DNA from: Botryllus schlosseri
Taxonomy: Eukaryota
DNA length: 64,000 nt
Direction: 5' to 3'
NCBI GenBank assembly: GCA_051294905.1
Contig: CM119371.1
Span: 12,960,001 to 13,024,000 of the forward strand
The position numbers were made by a program, and so were the translations under genes. Below, piece by piece: positions 52,401-64,000 of this stretch (positions are counted from its first letter, which is position 1; each line of letters opens with the position of its first letter). The notes beneath the pieces were generated by a model. The model did not search any database. It was not told the DNA's origin and worked only from the letters and a program-made list of their open reading frames with translations.

Positions 52401-52525
52401 ATATAATAGTTGTATTGATAGTGGAGGGGGGTCTGGGGGGCAGAGCCCCCCATAAGCTGCGTTTATGGATATACGGGCCCCCTGGAAGTTTCGCCCAGGG
52501 CCCCCCAATCCTAGGGCCACCACTG
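49464..52525. mobile_element. Non-autonomous hAT element (3.06 kb) with an internal satellite
   Basis: TIRs cagtggtggc/gccaccactg, gcccagggcccc subterminal motifs, exact TSD CGCATATC. Confidence 0.9.
49640..50695 (+). repeat. Tandem array of about seven diverged ~150-bp units
   Basis: Anchor gttatcatttt.cgaataaccgtgaaaa recurs near 49720, 49848, 50004, 50153, 50308, 50455 and 50614. Confidence 0.9.
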
Positions 52526-55361
52526 CGCATATCTCTCATAGCCACGAGAGAGTACATGCACAAAACATCGTACGATTTCATATTCTGTTGTCTACATTCA
52601 CACGACAAAATATACGAATCACAAAAGTCTTAACGGGTCTCAGTAAGGTTTACCAACTCCTTATTGAATATTATTAAAATGGCGCTATACCAATATATTC
52701 CATTAAAAGTCCCCCCTTCCTATCAAAAGAACTTGACGTAAAAAAAACGAATATGTTGGTCAATATCTCATACCTAATCACAGGGACTGAAGCTAATCCT
52801 AGGGATTGGAGACAGGAAACGATTTTATATGCAGGGGCAAAATTAAACTAATGAAACGAAATACCACCCAAGCGTGGTATTCGGAAACCCTATTTTACAT
52901 TACCATCTCGTAACGACTCGCAATATCATTGTTCCGTCCTACTGGCAACTGAAACTCATATCAACAATAGGTAGCGTCCAAACGCAACCAAGACATAATT
53001 TAACTAGCGCAAAAGCGGTACCACCGTGACATTAAATGTCACATCGCATGCAATACCACAAAGTAATGAAAATGAATAATAAAGATCAACAACTAAAGCA
53101 ACTACAATGCAATTCATAGACAGAAAAATCTATGTGTACTGACGAATGCCATGCAAGGTCAACACCATAATTCATCCAGCAATCATGCTTCAAAACACAC
53201 AGAACATGCTATTCACTGTCATTCACTTACTTCTTCTACTTTCTCATCATTACTGTTTACCCATCCAGCGGGAACAGCAATCATTCTTCCCACCAAATCC
53301 GTGTTGTTCTTACGCAACAACAGAGGGCTTATGGCAACTCAACGACAATTCTGCTGTGACCATATCATATATGACGCACAGTTCCGTGAAGCATAAGTGG
53401 GCCTACAAGAGCCTAACATTTTGATATCAGCATTTATTACTCCAACGCATACTTCAGCAAGGAGGTTCGGTGACCCCACCTTACATTCTACGACGGGAGT
53501 CACAACATGATGCAGCAATCCTGCATTTACATAACATATCAATATACAAATCACACTTTTCACTACGCATATCTTTACTCTACGCGATTCAACGATCGAT
53601 GATGCAGCAATCCTGTATTTACACAACGTATTAATGCACAAGGCACAATTTTCATCACGCATATCTTTATTATACACGATTTATAGCAACACATAATCAT
53701 TCAAATGTCTCGGTCTAACAATTCGTCTCCTTCTGGACGTATATATTCGACGTGACTCGTTGAGAGTTCTGCCTTCATTACATGATTGGGTCTTAGCGTT
53801 ATCGTGCAAAATCAATTCATGCCCAGGATTATCGCGATCTACATCAACAGGTCGCTGTCATCACTACCGGACGAAATTACACGTTCGTTACACGGATTTA
53901 CCGCGGAATTTAGCACCATTTGTCCGCATGAACGGGCGGAAACTGCCGAACAAAATCATCGAACACGTCGTCATCTCAACAAATGGCGAAAGTAACATCA
54001 GTCTGTTTATGCAGACTACTGAAATACAAATTAACAACATTAGGCGCTCAAAAAACATTAACATCCCTTAATATCTCAAAGCAATACATACACGATATCA
54101 CGGCAACATTAAAGGATACATTACATTGGGCATTCAGAAAACCGATAATATCACTCGTACGCAAACTAATTAGCAAGATACTGTTATGGGTATAGAAAGG
54201 CCAAAATTTCACCTGCAATCATTTTATTCTAAATTGACATGAAACTTCCTAATTCATATCACGTAGCATTTAACATTGGTATATATATATACCAACAGAA
54301 CGAGAGTGCGCCCTATTTATTGTATTGCATGCAAAGCAATGTTTGCAAATGTCATGCACTATATACCGCAGTGCATATTTTTCTCAATGATATAGTCAAC
54401 ATAAGGGTATCGTCGTATGGCAGAGGCCTAATATCTCTTCATAACGCTTGCAATATATCATCATTCATCACACATACATAATAAGCTATTCCGCTATTAG
54501 ATGCATCATGGCATCGAATAAATAGGGTAGCCTTCCTGCTGCGGGTTAACCCGCACACATCTCTCATCAGAACATTATGCTATATAAGCACCATATGGCA
54601 TATGTCCTACATCAATTAGCAGCGGAGGATTTGACCCGCAGGAAATACGACCCCTGCCTGGGTTTAGAAACCAATGATTGCAAGTTACTTTACTAAACTA
54701 TACTTTGCCAATATCCCAAAAACAGTAACCGACTAACGTCGTAGTGCAAGAGAATAAAATCGATTTACCTTTTATTTTTCTAATCCGTGTGATGCATGAT
54801 TGGATCACCACTGTCCGCAAATCTGCACAACTTCTGCGATTTCAAACCGACTTCTGACACTGCAGATGTTGTTTTCATTTTTTTCTTATCTCTGGGTTAT
54901 TGATCGTCCAAAGCAAAACCCCGCTGCATATCTTCCTGGCAATAAAGTCTCGTCGTTTTCTCTGAATGGCGTTTCTCGCCGTTGTGCAAAGCGAATCTTC
55001 ATAATAATCGTTTCCATGGTCCGTTGCTCGGTGGGCCGGTCGTCGTGATTAAGTGAAGTTACATGTCGTGGAGACAGAAACAAAATATATTCGTCAGTGT
55101 GATCCATCGAATACGTGTGCAATAGACAGGCTTCGTGGTGCGTCAGCCAACAAGGCCGTACGGCGTGGTTACGCCTTTCCGTCGAACGCAAGGGAACACG
55201 CAGCGAATTGTAAACGTAATCTTCTGGAGTCAGATTATACAGCTATAACATCTACAAACATTCGCTCTGCGTTATATGATGACCCCGATGTGATATTCTT
55301 ATCGGGAATTTCACTTCATGGAATTAAGCATTGTTGGCAAGACTCCTCATTGATCAAATCT

Positions 55362-55590
55362 TAAAATGGCGTTAACAATATATTCGGTTATAAATTCCCC
55401 CTTCTTACCAAAAGAACTTTCTGTAAAAAAAACGATTATATTGTTCAATATGTTCGGTTATAAATATTAAATTCCCCCTTCTTACCAAAAGAACTTGGTG
55501 TAAAAAAACGAATATATTGTTCAATATCTTCGGTTATAAATTCCCCCTTTCAGCCAAAGAACTTCGTGAAAAAACCGAACATATCGTTCA
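55362..55590 (+). repeat. Three ~70-bp tandem units; single related unit at ~52675-52770
   Basis: ttcggttataaattccccctt.ttaccaaaagaactt..gtaaaaaaacgaatata repeated. Confidence 0.8.
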
Positions 55591-56486
55591 AAACGTTATA
55601 CCTAGGGCAATGGTCGGGAACCTTTATTGTCTGAAGAGCCATATTGGCCTTATTTTTTTCATTCCACCTCCCAAAGAGCCATACATGTCAATCAGCTGTT
55701 GCGTTACAATTGAAAATTCCTGACGTCATGCTAGTACTATAATTCGAATTCACCAAACATGGGATTCGTTGTGTGTGTCACATTTCTTCTGTAAAAACCC
55801 GAACTAATCATGCTGACTGCCTTACTTGAGCATGCGAAACTTGAGTTACGAGAACGTAGGTTCGCCGTGATGATCCTTTGAAATGCGATAACCCATGATC
55901 ACATGCGTAGGCGGAACCTAACATGGTCACTACATTATAACTAGCGTGACTTCCAGCAGTATACTAATAGTGAAAAAAGCAGTAGCCTATCCGTCCACTA
56001 AAATCGCATCGTGCATCGAATACTGACATATCACCTATTTAATGCTGGCGTATGAATAAAATCATCTCGATATGAGGGTAGGATTTAGATCAGGGGGGCC
56101 AAACTCAACTTGGGTAACTGGCCGGATTCAAACCTTGAAATCGCTCGTGGACCGGACGAGTCAAATTCTTCCAAAATGTTAATTTAAATTCCAATGCCCT
56201 TTTTGTCACTGTACTACTTAATCATGAAGCCAGTGTACATATTGATATGTTACATTATTTGACGGATCATGTGGGTTCTGGTCTAGTAACACTTTTATTC
56301 GCAAATAATCAATTTGGCAAAAATACAATTTGCGAGTTGAATAGATAGATAAACCGTTAAAGCAGTGGCCCTAACGACGGTATAAGGAGGTATGCTTCTA
56401 CGCTCTCTTATTGTTTTCTGTTATCCTGTTTCAGGTTTCTGTGGGTGTCAGGACCTGTTTGACCCAAAACTGACAGAGCGCTGCGA

Positions 56487-56833
56487 AAACAGATATTAAC
56501 ACCATACTTCGTCACTGTTTTATTTTCCGTGTGACCTGAATATAACAGTTTTGCATTGCGTTTTCGCTTCTATGAAGAACTACTTTGCGATACATTTTAA
56601 CACAAACCTGTGAACTCAGTGTGCACATTTTGTCACTGGAGTGGGTATAATTTGGCCTCAAACAGATATTAACACCATGCTTCGTCACTGTTTTAGTGTC
56701 CGTGTGACCTGAATATAACAGTTTTGCATTGCGTTTTCGCTTCTATGAAGTACTACTTTGCGAAACATTTTTACACAAACCTGTGAACTCAGTGTGTACA
56801 TTGTGCCACTGGAGTGGTTATAATATGGCCTCA
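56487..56833 (+). repeat. Tandem duplication of ~173 bp
   Basis: aaacagatattaacaccat...ggagtgg.tataat.tggcctca present twice head to tail. Confidence 0.9.
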
Positions 56834-57169
56834 ACGTTCGTTTTCTTCTTCACCACTGATTTAGATCATCACAGTGCTGTGTGGGTATTCTCCGAACGCA
56901 TCGTTGCATCACAATAACAATGCTCTTGTTGAAAAATATGCGAAGGGATGATTGTCTGCGCGGAACATGTTCGGAATTTCACTGTTCACGTTGTGTCTGG
57001 AGGGAAATTTTAATATATGCCTCAAAGTCCATAATTTTGAAGGCTTGAAAGTCAAAATCTTTTCCGAATAAACATAACCAATAATAGCAGATTTATGATA
57101 CTGAATTTTTTTCTTGGCGCCACGCGCAATTTGGTACACTTTGTATCAATTTAAATATAGGGCCACCTC

Positions 57170-58950
57170 CAGAGTTGGATCAATTACATTAATTCAATTC
57201 AGTTTCAATTACAATTACTCTATTGCATGTTTTAATTTCAATATGATTACAATTACTCTATGCTAAAAATATCAAATTACAACTACGATCAAGGTTGTAA
57301 CCTAGTCACAAATGCTCCGAGTAACAAGTTAATCTCATTTTCATAGTTTTGACTCGAGTCAAGTCGAGTCATTTTCAACTCACGACCAAGTCCAAGTCAG
57401 CGATCAGAGGGTGGAGTCCGAGTCATGGTATTATGACTCTCGAGTCCAAGTCATTGTGTTGACGGCTCAGCTTCCAGTTAAAGTCTTGGTAACCCACTTA
57501 TTATTTATTATAACCCTTTTTTTTATATATCGAATGGTTGGCATGTTAATACATTTATTTTCCTCACTTGTAGCAGTTTCTAGTTGCATTTTTAAGTACC
57601 ATTACCCATACACGAAATCCCAATAGTGTGGTCACTTTTCTATTCTTTGAAATTTCAATGAAATGTCGATCTTGCCCGTCTGAGTCTCAAGTCATATGAC
57701 TTGGTTCGAGTCATGCATAATGAATCGAGTCCTAGTCGAATCAATACACTGTTTGACTTGATTTGAGTCGAGTCATTTCGGAATTTTGCGAAAATGACTC
57801 GAGTCAAGTCGAGTCATCAGAAAATCCTGACTCGAGTCTTTAGAACCCTGACTACAATTACAATTACTGCTATACATGTAAGTACAATTATAATTACAAT
57901 TACTGGCAAAATTCTGATTGATTCGCTAGAGAGGTGCTCTTTGGCATCTGTAGCGACTTATTTAGCAACAATCTCAAGCTATTCATGTTTTATTCATGAT
58001 TCGTACTACGCAGAATACCCTTTAATTAAAAAAAAAAACTTGAACGTATTCAAACTATTCCTAATCATGAGCTCTGAAAAATACAAATTTTTTTTTTATT
58101 TATTTAAACAACTACTAACAATCAGTAATTCGAGCGACTGGCAACGACTAATGGCGAATAGGATACAAAATAGTCGATGAAATGTACTCAAACGAATAGT
58201 CAGAGCTGTGTGAGGTGAATAAAATGTAATTGGTAAGGCAATAAGGTTGATACCGATAACTTGTGTAAAATTAAAATAAATGCAAAAGTAAAGAAGCTCC
58301 TGATAACTACCAATTACAAAAATTTGGTTCGCAGTTACATTTTCACTTGCTCATAACTGTTTGACTGCATTTGATGAACATTAGGATGCGGAAAGGTTCT
58401 GCCCCCAGTAAATTAAGCTGAGATGGAGGTAAGACTGGGATAACATCTCTACAAATGTGTCATCTAGCGTGATGAAGTATTGGTTGAAAACTTGAATTTC
58501 TTTTTGCAATTGCTGCAGCAAGCCCCAGTACTGGAAAGAGATTTTAAAAAAAATGCTGACCGTGCTGTAGGAAATGGTTCAGCACAGGTTACAGAAGAGT
58601 TTATTTGCTTTTCGTCCATTTATGAAATGGTAAGATCTTGTTCGATAGCCTATATTGTAATTCACCAAGTTTTCTGTTAGAGCTGAAGTTGGCCTATAGG
58701 AAACAGTTTAGTATGGCTGAATTAGTTAACGAGGTACGCATAGAACACCCATGTTAATGGGCTACTTATTTTATGTTGTAATTGTCAGGTTTCAATAACA
58801 ATACAATTGAAATTGTATTTAGTAACATTTTTATCAAATTACAATTACAATTACACAGAATAGAAAAGCTTCAATGGCAATTAAAATAACATGAAAAAAT
58901 AAAAGTAATTACATGCAGCTCAATTACAAATTACAGTTGATCCTACTGTG
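57170..58950. mobile_element. hAT-type MITE (CAATTA-rich) inserted in an older TAGGGTTGCC-family remnant
   Basis: Ends cagagttggatcaa/ttgatcctactgtg; TSD gccacctc/gccgcctc. Confidence 0.8.
57290..57850. mobile_element. GACTCGAGTC-family MITE nested in 57170-58950
   Basis: Ends caaggttgtaa/ttagaaccctg; TSD actacgat/actacaat. Confidence 0.85.
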
Positions 58951-59249
58951 GCCGCCTCGCTCGCAAAAATGAAATTGAAAGTGGATAAAATTAGCCATCA
59001 TTCACTGAAATCAAATCGTAATCTCAATTATAGAGTACGGTGCATTCCTAGAATTGATTGAAGCCGTTTGAATGGATTAGTAAAAGACCGTGGCTCTAAA
59101 CCCAGGGTCGTTTGCCGTTATTATGGGGATCGCAATGATGTTGAACATACTCAGCTTCCAAAATATGCCCTGAATAAGTCTGTGCAAAGCTCTGTTAGTT
59201 TGACATGATATTGGCAGACATTGTATTCATATTTCATTCATCATTCCAG

Positions 59250-59354
59250 GTGAAGAAAGTGGAATTGCGTGACAATAACTTCTCAGCAACAGCACTACGT
59301 TCATTTCTCCGACATCGTGGGATTGAATCGCTATCTGGAAAATTGGATTGGGAA
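59250..59354 (+). CDS. Paralogous LRR exon A2 (alternatively a terminal exon reading to TGA at 59370-59372)
   Basis: tttcattcatcattccag|VKKVELRDNNFSATALRSFLRHRGIESLSGKLDWE|gtgaga; same length and phase as A1, 25/35 aa identical. Confidence 0.7.
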
Positions 59355-59498
59355 GTGAGATCGATTCTATGATTTAGTTGTGTACTAACAAGCCACTATA
59401 ATTTTATGTGGGTATGCGGAGACTTGTGACGTGACAATGGTACGTGATTGGTGACGCCATAGTTGTGATAGAAAGCAATATACATACATTATCTGCAT

Positions 59499-60348
59499 CA
59501 GGGCTGTTCAAAAAACCTTCAGATTTCTTCGGCTATGTTATAAAATTGTTAGGTTGGCGAAAACGCTGCATGCCAACTTTGGGTCAATTGCAACCAGTAG
59601 AGGCGATTTTCTTGCAGTAGAATATTTTCGATTTATCATTAAAATTCAAATTTCAAATTTTTTCTCTCGACAACGTAAAATTGTTGGGCTGTCAGTAGAG
59701 ACGATGTGCACCAAATGTGGCTCAATTCCAACAACTAGAAGCGAAGTTATTGCGGTAGAAAAAATTTAGACTCGAATAAAATAATTTTACAGTAGCTAAC
59801 TCTTCAATTATTTATTCAAATAACTAATTTGTGGTACGGAACTTGAATATAGCTTTCAATACAAAATCCATTGTAGTAAAGTATTTATCAAAGTCGAAGA
59901 TATTTTGGTACCTCTTTCAAGAGTTAACGGCACACTGAAGGGAGTTAAACAGATTTGGTTTTGCTTCTAAATCCATTTAAATCCCTTTAGTGTGCCGTAA
60001 AGTATTTGAGTTTAAATATTGTACTACAATGGATGTTGTATTGAAAACTAGAATTATTTCCTATAAAATAACGGAATTGGAATTTTTACTACGGCAATAA
60101 CCTCGTGGCGGTTGGAATTGAGCCAAACTTAGTATGCATCATCACTACTGATTGCCTAACAATTTTATGGGGCTGAAAGAAAAATTTTGATTTTTTTTTT
60201 AATTATAAATTCAAAACCTTTTTGCAGCAAGAATCTCGCTTCTACTGGTTGGACTTGAAGCCAAATTTGGTTTACAGCGTTGTTTCAACCAACCTAACAA
60301 TTTTATCACATAGCCAGTGAATTCTGAAGAATTTTTTTAACAGTCCTA
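59499..60348. mobile_element. ~850-bp foldback hAT-type MITE
   Basis: cagggctgtt.../...aacagtccta with inverted arms and a central hairpin (acggcacact.aaggga...tccctttagtgtgccgt); degenerate TSD atctgcat/ctctgctt. Confidence 0.8.
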
Positions 60349-60807
60349 CTCTGCTTTCATCCCGAAGCCGTAGAGTATTTACCCACTGATATGATGTTTT
60401 AATATCACCACGGTGTCATTAATATCGGGAATTTGGTGAGATAGTGGATTATGTAGCGTAGTGGCAGCAATAAAGCGCTGAGCTAATTTCACGACCTCCT
60501 CAACAGAAATCCGCTTGCTACTACATTGACAATGAATCAAATGATCGAATTGCGATGATCGAATTGCTCATAAATATTTTGTCATAATATGTCACATACG
60601 TAAGAAAACGGCGCATGCCCCAACAAAATGCATTGTGTAAATAAAAAGTAACATTGTCAGCATCGTCAAAATTCAGGAGTGTGCATGTCGACATGAATTA
60701 GTGCGCAACAGAATAATACTTCTCCTAATCAACAAAGTGCGCATCTGGTTTTCAAGCCAACACAATGATTTCGACATTGCATAGCGAAATTGTTCACTGA
60801 TTATAAC

Positions 60808-61326
60808 TAGGGCTGGGAAAAATCGAGTATCTGAGTGATTCGATTCCAAATCATATATGAAGCTTTGAGTCGAGTCGACTATTCGATTATCACTTGTTAT
60901 GACGTCATAACGGAATGTAATATGTAAAAGTTCAAATACGTACCTTTTATGTCACCTTTAATAATATAATCCTTGTTGTTATGTATAACAATGAAGATAC
61001 TTCCGTATTGTTTCGAACATACCAATTTCATTCCAGTTTTTGTCAATTTTGGGCGATGATCATAACTTTGAAAATATGTTATTCCAGTAACGTTCGTAGC
61101 TTTGTATAATATGTTTGATATGCTGCTATGCGACAAATCATGATTTCAAGGTTTCAAAAGTGAATAATACTGTCAAAAATACAATTTTTGTCAACAAAGT
61201 AACTTTCAGTGTCGACGAACGCACAATTTCGGTACATGAGAAAATCGACTTTTACTACTCGGCCTGAATCATCAAAATTGATATTCGGTTCAGATTTGAG
61301 CATTCGAATCATTGTGCCCAGCCCTG
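60808..61326. mobile_element. TAGGGCTGGGCA-family MITE at the same site as the fragment starting at 31956
   Basis: TIRs tagggctggg/cccagccctg; shared left flank gcatagcgaaattgttcactgat in both duplicate copies. Confidence 0.85.
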
Positions 61327-61524
61327 GTTATACCAACGTTTTTGATTGCGGTGTTTTATTTCCCTTGTAATATAGGAGTCACTATGATGTCCATGGAGTA
61401 ATTCTGATTTACATGCTCACAATAGGAAACTGTCCATTTTCGCGATACGATCAAAAAGACGAAATTAGCTCATGAATTCGTGTCAATGCAGGAATATGGT
61501 TCCGGGTGCTTACGATTTGATTAA

Positions 61525-61780
61525 AGGTCAACTATATTGCCCAAAATATTTTCGTCTCAATACTTATACTTTTTCCACGGATTTCGCCATGATACTTCTT
61601 ACCTCATATAAACGAGTATTGTTGGAGATATCGAGCCACTAAACTAGCAAAATGCCACCACCGGCAAAAACGCCGGTAAAATCAGTGACCCGTGTCATAG
61701 AAGTATAGCACATGATGATCTGTGATGCTGCGGTCGTCACTGTATGTAAGATATGACGTCGCGATGGATGGTGGATGATC
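61525..61780. mobile_element. Terminus of an older Kolobok-related element
   Basis: TTAA followed by AGGTCAACTATAT; the next ~250 bp resemble the reverse complement of 40280-40529 (ccaccacc.gcaaaa.cgc.ggtaaaatcagtga.ccgt). Confidence 0.7.
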
Positions 61781-61929
61781 GATACAATGCACAATCTCAA
61801 GTTTTAAATCTGGATAATATTCAGGTTGTCAAGTTGACTGTAGGTGGATGGGATGTTATATTGAAGAACGAAGAAGATCTCATAAAGATAAGTGGTAACT
61901 GGATTGAAGGTCACATGAAGGTTGGATAG
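61768..61929 (+). other. Short ORF B2 (53 aa) starting 243 bp inside the Kolobok-like end
   Basis: MVDDRYNAQSQVLNLDNIQVVKLTVGGWDVILKNEEDLIKISGNWIEGHMKVG*; in-frame homolog B1. Confidence 0.35.
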
Positions 61930-62423
61930 CAAGATGATTCAAGTTTGATATTGAGTCCATGCTAATGATTGGAATGAAGTTTCGCTCATTACACTGACTT
62001 TACTGCACGGAGCTGTCAGCTACACTAAGCACGTACAACGATGACCTTGCGGTGTAGGATAGCCAGGATGTAGATGGTGACGTAATGATAAGCGTCATGA
62101 AGACGAGTTGCTTTTGTTGAGAATAGTAAGCTAAAAACTTGTGCTGATTTTATTAGTAAAGAATTTGTACATGATGAATTTATAAAAAAAATTGTCGGCA
62201 CTGTACTTTAATTATCAAGTCCATTCGAAATGTTAGGTTACATCTTTCAAAAATATAAGGATTGTGTCTCTTTCACATCGCATTTTCCAAAAGACAAGCA
62301 TCATATCCATCGCTTCACCAGCATTGGCCTTCAGTATTAACATTATTCTCTCATGCATGACCTTGCCTCTGAGAGTTTCTTATTGGTGCAGATTGTGACG
62401 TAACTTCCATTTTTATTTTGCAG

Positions 62424-62579
62424 GATTCCAATCTATCGTTCAAACGGGTTCATGCTGTAGCAGTCGTTGCATTTCTTGGAATACTTTTTGATGCTGAATT
62501 TATCAAATTTGAAGCACAAATACAACTGTTGGCCGAGCAGGATGATTTGCAGAAGTTATCTGAGTGTAAATTAAACAAG
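62424..62579 (+). CDS. Putative exon C2 (phase 0-0, 52 aa)
   Basis: tttttattttgcag|DSNLSFKRVHAVAVVAFLGILFDAEFIKFEAQIQLLAEQDDLQKLSECKLNK|gtatta; 6-nt frame-preserving length difference from C1. Confidence 0.55.
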
Positions 62580-62663
62580 GTATTAGATACATTTCCTATT
62601 ATATTATTGTAAAATATTTCCTGATATTGTTCAATTTGCATGATACTTTTAGACAAATTTCAG

Positions 62664-62822
62664 CCGTTATCGAATTTGAACTTGGAGTTGAGACAAAAAC
62701 TTCCATTCTCAATTTCTACTCTACTTGCATCTCTAGTATTGCGAGTCGAGTCACGATGGTACGTAGATGTCGTGAAAGTAGTCAGCCTTGCTAACCGTGA
62801 AGAAGTAGAAGAAATGTTTTAA
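62664..62822 (+). CDS. Putative terminal exon D2
   Basis: aaatttcag|PLSNLNLELRQKLPFSISTLLASLVLRVESRWYVDVVKVVSLANREEVEEMF-TAA; shares VLRVESR, SLAN and the stop position with D1. Confidence 0.4.
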   Translation, partial: PLSNLNLELRQKLPFSISTLLASLVLRVESRWYVDVVKVVSLANREEVEEMF

Positions 62823-63879
62823 TTTTATATGCAATTGTATGTAAATAATAGATGTGTCCACGATGGGTTGAAACTACTTCAAGTGGAGGTAGAAAGTGAC
62901 AAGTTTGAAAAGTACCTTGATAAGTACTTGAGTTTCGAAAAGTAGTTTTAGTCGATCGTTCGTAAGTGTTTAGTGATTTATCGCTAGCGCTTACTTTGTA
63001 AATTACGAGATGAGTCTCTGCGACTAACTAAAAATGATTATTATTGCAAATTTGTATAATCTTGGAAATTAGATTCAACAGTTACCATGATGTCACTTGT
63101 GATTTCTTAAGACGGTTTCACACATCACAGTGATTCAAACGCAACACAAAACTACTTTCTATTTCTCAAAATCCAATCTGTGAAAAGTAAGTAATTTTGT
63201 GTGAAAGTAGTCTAAAATCATGTCATATTCTTATGTATAAAAATTGTTAGACATGATATATTTCTGTCCTAAGGAAATAGAATGCACTAGGCACGATTTT
63301 GACATAAATCTCCTGACTGAGCATCATCCGTTGAACGCGGTATCTAAACCACCTTGACGTCTGCGACATATATCCTTCATAACATTGGCTGACAACTAAA
63401 TAAAGTTTGATCTCTGCATGACTGCTGGAGCGTGAAGGTCCTGTGAAAATTTCGATAAATTGCTGATCCATTACCGCGGCGTTCTGAAGAAAATGGCTGC
63501 GGCCAAATTTTTATTTTCGTTTTTCCCTTCAATTTGAGACCATATCATTTTTAGAGTGCTGTGCCCCTTTCAGGCACAATTTTGCATCAATTTCATAAGT
63601 GAAATCATTATTTTAACCACATATTTTTAAGAAGTAGAAGCCGATCATCTCGTAATATGCGCTCAGGCATTGGCGTAGTCTGAGGTGAAAAGCAACAATG
63701 CTTGCTCCAAGTCTAGGTTTCGAAAGCAGGTGGATGATATTTAAAATAGCGTATGCTTCTGTCCGTGCCAGTTTTATGCAGGTTCCAATATGTTTTACTC
63801 TTCGGGTAAATTTCAACCTTGGCGTAAACATAAGAGACATCGTTACATAGGCTATCCAGCGTTCCTTACAACATTTATC

Positions 63880-64000
63880 TAGAGGTGGTCAGTAACGAAG
63901 TACTTCCACTTGTCGTAGTACTTCAGGTACATTTATTCTACTTGTCCTACGTACTCAAGTGGTTATAAGATTTCATGCTACTTCTATTTGGCAGTTTTCA
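63880..64000. mobile_element. Left end of a TACTT-rich MITE (46353 family), runs off the window
   Basis: tagaggtggtcagtaacgaagtactt matches the 46353 terminus. Confidence 0.75.

Larger units (their letters stand above)
59025..63135 (+). repeat. Segmental duplicate copy 2
   Basis: Collinear with 29575-42850; lacks the PLE, the young Kolobok and two MITEs found in copy 1. Confidence 0.85.

Noticed and set aside
52900..54500. Cluster of 70-112 aa ORFs as a gene or Helitron remnant
   Set aside because: No recognisable motifs or consistent splice chain; left unassigned.
54530..54575. Minus-strand CTGATGA plus hairpin as a hammerhead
   Set aside because: Followed by GAAG rather than GAAA, with no compatible stems I and III.

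Overview
AT-rich, intron-containing animal genomic DNA; an ascidian-like invertebrate is my inference from composition and repeat types. The only recognisable host gene is a + strand NLR-type immune receptor. It has a large NACHT exon (8307-9743), an HD2/first-LRR exon (11017-11330) and, after a ~19.8 kb transposon-filled intron, an in-phase LRR exon (31120-31224). A diverged second copy of that LRR exon (59250-59354) lies in a segmental duplicate (~29.6-42.9 kb versus ~59.0-63.1 kb). Both copies also keep two further frame-conserved exon-like blocks, so one NACHT core may have two alternative 3' ends. The rest is mostly transposons: a very young Penelope-like element with a 1075-bp inverted arm and minimal hammerhead ribozymes, a complete TTAA-flanked Kolobok element with a 10-exon THAP-DDE transposase, decayed CR1/L2-group and R4/Dong-type LINEs, a truncated Ty3/Gypsy element, and many nested hAT-type MITEs with 8-bp target-site duplications (TSDs). 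All exon joins were read by eye from splice signals and phase; no expression data or database searches were available.
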